Virus record (IMG/VR): IMGVR_UViG_3300020045_000678
Coordinates: 1-30,049 of that record
Strand: one strand, 5' to 3'
Length of the DNA stretch: 30,049 nucleotides
DNA from: a virus
Lineage: Duplodnaviria; Caudoviricetes
Shown here: in pieces, positions 27,976-30,049 of the stretch
How positions within the stretch are numbered: position 1 is the stretch's first letter
Layout of the letters: every line of letters starts with the position of its first letter
Program-made: the position numbers and the translations under genes
The notes under the pieces: model-generated
What the model was told of the DNA's origin: nothing
Databases searched by the model: none
Seen by the model: the letters and a program-made list of their open reading frames with translations, nothing else

Positions 27976-29162
27976 TGAAACTTGTCTTTGATATAGAAGC
28001 TACGGGTGCTCAACGCAATCATGCACACCCCTATGATATGCGTAATGTGGCGTGTAACATAGGGATTAAGAATATAACCACAGGAGAGACTAAGATATGG
28101 AAAATTCAATATGATGAAAACCCTTATGGAGAAGCTCTTAGAGAAATACAAGAGTGGGTGTCCAATAGCACACTTCTCATTGGCTTTAACGCTAAGTATG
28201 ATTTGCATTGGTTTAGTCGCTACAATATTGTGGTTTCTAATTCATGTAGGGTATTTGATTGTCAACTGGCTTACTATATTATAACTAACCAGCAACATCG
28301 TTATCCCTCTTTAGACGGGGTTGCCTACCATTATGGCTTACCTCAGAAGTTAGACGTAGTTAAAACTGAATATTGGGATAAGGGGCTAGATACAAATGAC
28401 GTTCCTTATGAAATCCTATCAGAGTACTTAGAGCAGGATTTAAACGTCACACACAGCGTTTACAATGCCATAGAAGTGGATTTATCTACCTCTAGCTATG
28501 AAATGAATCAGCTTATTAAGATGTCTAATATGGATTTAGTTGTACTACAAGACATTGAGAGAAACGGTTTGTTGGTAAATGTTGAGAAGTCTAAACAGAA
28601 AGCTCTGGAGATTAATGAGGAACTTAGTAACATTGACGAGTATTTACGTCAACTGGCTGGTGTGGATTGGTTTAATCCTAATAGTGGAGATATGCTTTCT
28701 GCTTTTCTTTATGGTGGTGACATTCTACGTGATGGAAAAGAGGATTATATATTCACTTATAAATCTGGACGAACAGCTACAAAACAACGCTCTGTTAAAA
28801 TACCACATCATTTTGTCGGGATGTTTAAACCATTGGAAAAAACTGAGTTGGCAAAAGATGGATTTTGGGCAACAAACGAACCAACGCTAACCACTCTATT
28901 AGAGAAAGCCAAAGGTGAATATGCCTATGTGTTAGAAACTATCCTACACAGGGCAAAACTAGAGAAACGTAGAGGGACATATTATGAAGGGTATTTAAAG
29001 CGTATGGTTGAAATGGGTTGGGATGATAATATAGTACATACGTCGTATAACCAATGCGTCGCAACCACAGGTAGGCTCTCCAGTACAAAACCCAATGTTC
29101 AGAATTTAGAGAAACAGGTAGGTGAAATCATTGTTAGCAGATTTAAAAGGAGAATAACATGA
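27975..29162 (+). CDS. polA: Family A DNA polymerase, N-terminal part (3'-5' exonuclease plus thumb)
   Basis: ExoI FDIE, ExoII FNAKYD, ExoIII YLEQD; TTGRLSSTKPNVQN. Confidence 0.9.
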   Translation: MKLVFDIEATGAQRNHAHPYDMRNVACNIGIKNITTGETKIWKIQYDENPYGEALREIQEWVSNSTLLIGFNAKYDLHWFSRYNIVVSNSCRVFDCQLAYYIITNQQHRYPSLDGVAYHYGLPQKLDVVKTEYWDKGLDTNDVPYEILSEYLEQDLNVTHSVYNAIEVDLSTSSYEMNQLIKMSNMDLVVLQDIERNGLLVNVEKSKQKALEINEELSNIDEYLRQLAGVDWFNPNSGDMLSAFLYGGDILRDGKEDYIFTYKSGRTATKQRSVKIPHHFVGMFKPLEKTELAKDGFWATNEPTLTTLLEKAKGEYAYVLETILHRAKLEKRRGTYYEGYLKRMVEMGWDDNIVHTSYNQCVATTGRLSSTKPNVQNLEKQVGEIIVSRFKRRIT

Positions 29163-29884
29163 TTTGTAACTTAGATGCGGCTCAGTTGGAATGGCGTGTA
29201 GTAGCCCATAACTCTGGTGACAAGGTGGCAATACAAGAGATTTTAGATGGAGCTGATTTCCACTCGGATAATCAAGCCAAATTTAAACTCCCCTCTAGGT
29301 TAATTGCTAAAGTGTTCTTATTTAGAGCTATTTTTAAAGGGAGTGCCTATGCCTACTCAGTCGATAATGACTTTAAGCATCTTGGTGGGCAGAAGTTCTG
29401 GCAAAACATCATTGATAGGTTCTATGATAAATACTCTGGGATATACCAATACCACGCGTCTCTTATCCGAGAGGCTACAACCACAGGGCAAGTAGTTAGT
29501 AACTCTGGACGTATCTATCGTTTCGAGCCTAAGATGAAACGTGGGTTGCTAACCTATCCAGAGAATGACATTGTGAATTTTCCAGTACAAGGATTTTCAG
29601 CAGATTTGATGTCTTTGGCTAGGATTAGTGCTTGGAATAAACTGAAACCTGAGAGAGAATCAGGGAAAGTGCTCTTTGTAAACACTGTGCATGACAGCTT
29701 AAAGCTGGATATGAATTTAAACATTAAAGAAGCTATGGAGGTAGGATATAAAGTACGTGAGAGTTTTCGTGATATTCCTAGGAACTATAAAAAGATTTAT
29801 GGTAAAGACCTTTTAGTTCCTATGGATGCAGATTTTAAAGTTGGGATTAATGATTTGTGGTTGCATAAAATAGATTTAGGATAA
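29159..29884 (+). CDS. polA: Family A DNA polymerase, C-terminal catalytic part
   Basis: Motif A DAAQLEWR, motif B RLIAKVFLF, NFPVQG, motif C TVHDSL; own AGGAG RBS. Confidence 0.9.
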   Translation: MICNLDAAQLEWRVVAHNSGDKVAIQEILDGADFHSDNQAKFKLPSRLIAKVFLFRAIFKGSAYAYSVDNDFKHLGGQKFWQNIIDRFYDKYSGIYQYHASLIREATTTGQVVSNSGRIYRFEPKMKRGLLTYPENDIVNFPVQGFSADLMSLARISAWNKLKPERESGKVLFVNTVHDSLKLDMNLNIKEAMEVGYKVRESFRDIPRNYKKIYGKDLLVPMDADFKVGINDLWLHKIDLG

Positions 29885-29885
29885 T

Positions 29886-30049
29886 ATGCCACTTAAAGAT
29901 AAAGACAAACAAAAAGAATATAGAAAACAATACTATATAAATAATAAAGATAAGGCTATTGCAACTAGCAGAAAGAGAAATAAAGAGAAGCTTGTAGAAA
30001 ATAGAAGATGGCATCAATCTTACCATGCAAAAAATCCACATTCTCGACG
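29886..30049 (+). CDS. Partial ORF, likely HNH-type endonuclease N-terminus (runs off the window)
   Basis: AGGA RBS; MPLKDKDKQKEYRKQYYINNKDK... basic helical leader typical of phage homing endonucleases; catalytic domain not visible. Confidence 0.5.
   Translation, partial: MPLKDKDKQKEYRKQYYINNKDKAIATSRKRNKEKLVENRRWHQSYHAKNPHSR

Noticed and set aside
29140-29162. Programmed -1 frameshift fusing the two pol ORFs
   Set aside because: No in-frame X XXY YYZ heptamer; the -1 frame has a TAA just upstream; ORF2 has its own SD
535-29884. Stop-codon reassignment
   Set aside because: TAA, TAG and TGA all terminate full-length genes, and coding density is high under the standard code
513-30041. Numerous antisense or nested ORFs in the track (e.g. 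513-794, 1550-1888, 3418-3798, 4109-4459, 8810-9043, 20205-20546, 28579-28890, 29847-30041)
   Set aside because: They overlap well-supported genes, lack recognisable motifs, and read as shadow frames

Overview
About 30 kb of an AT-rich, tailed dsDNA phage with podovirus-type genes. No integrase or phage RNA polymerase is present in the window. Bases 1-534 are a non-coding, probably near-terminal region with phased DnaA boxes, a sigma54-like motif, a sigma70 promoter and a leader of six tandem hairpins. Bases 535-19351 (+) are the packaging, head, tail and lysis module: terS, terL, portal, collagen-like and fibre-like proteins, scaffold, major capsid, tail fibre, holin, tail tube/nozzle, ejection proteins and a DUF5675 protein. 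A bidirectional terminator separates it from a minus-strand DNA-metabolism block (19393-25352): class II RNR, DUF3310, exonucleases, HNH and a start-less SSB-like ORF. At about 25349-25497 there is a rearrangement junction. A diverged, inverted 140-bp copy of 26249-26388, bounded by TATAACA direct repeats, joins two N-terminally truncated genes. After it the replication genes (primase, DnaB-like helicase, split PolA, HNH) run on the + strand. Most notable observations: probable non-AUG starts for both DNA motor ATPases (terL ATA, helicase ATC), both in operons behind promoter plus hairpin-array leaders; a shared TATAAT-N2/3-ATTATA promoter palindrome; face-to-face promoters before the head genes; near-total GATC avoidance except next to the DnaA boxes; and the junction itself, which may be an assembly or amplification chimera. 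Product calls come from motif recognition and synteny only; no database searches were run.
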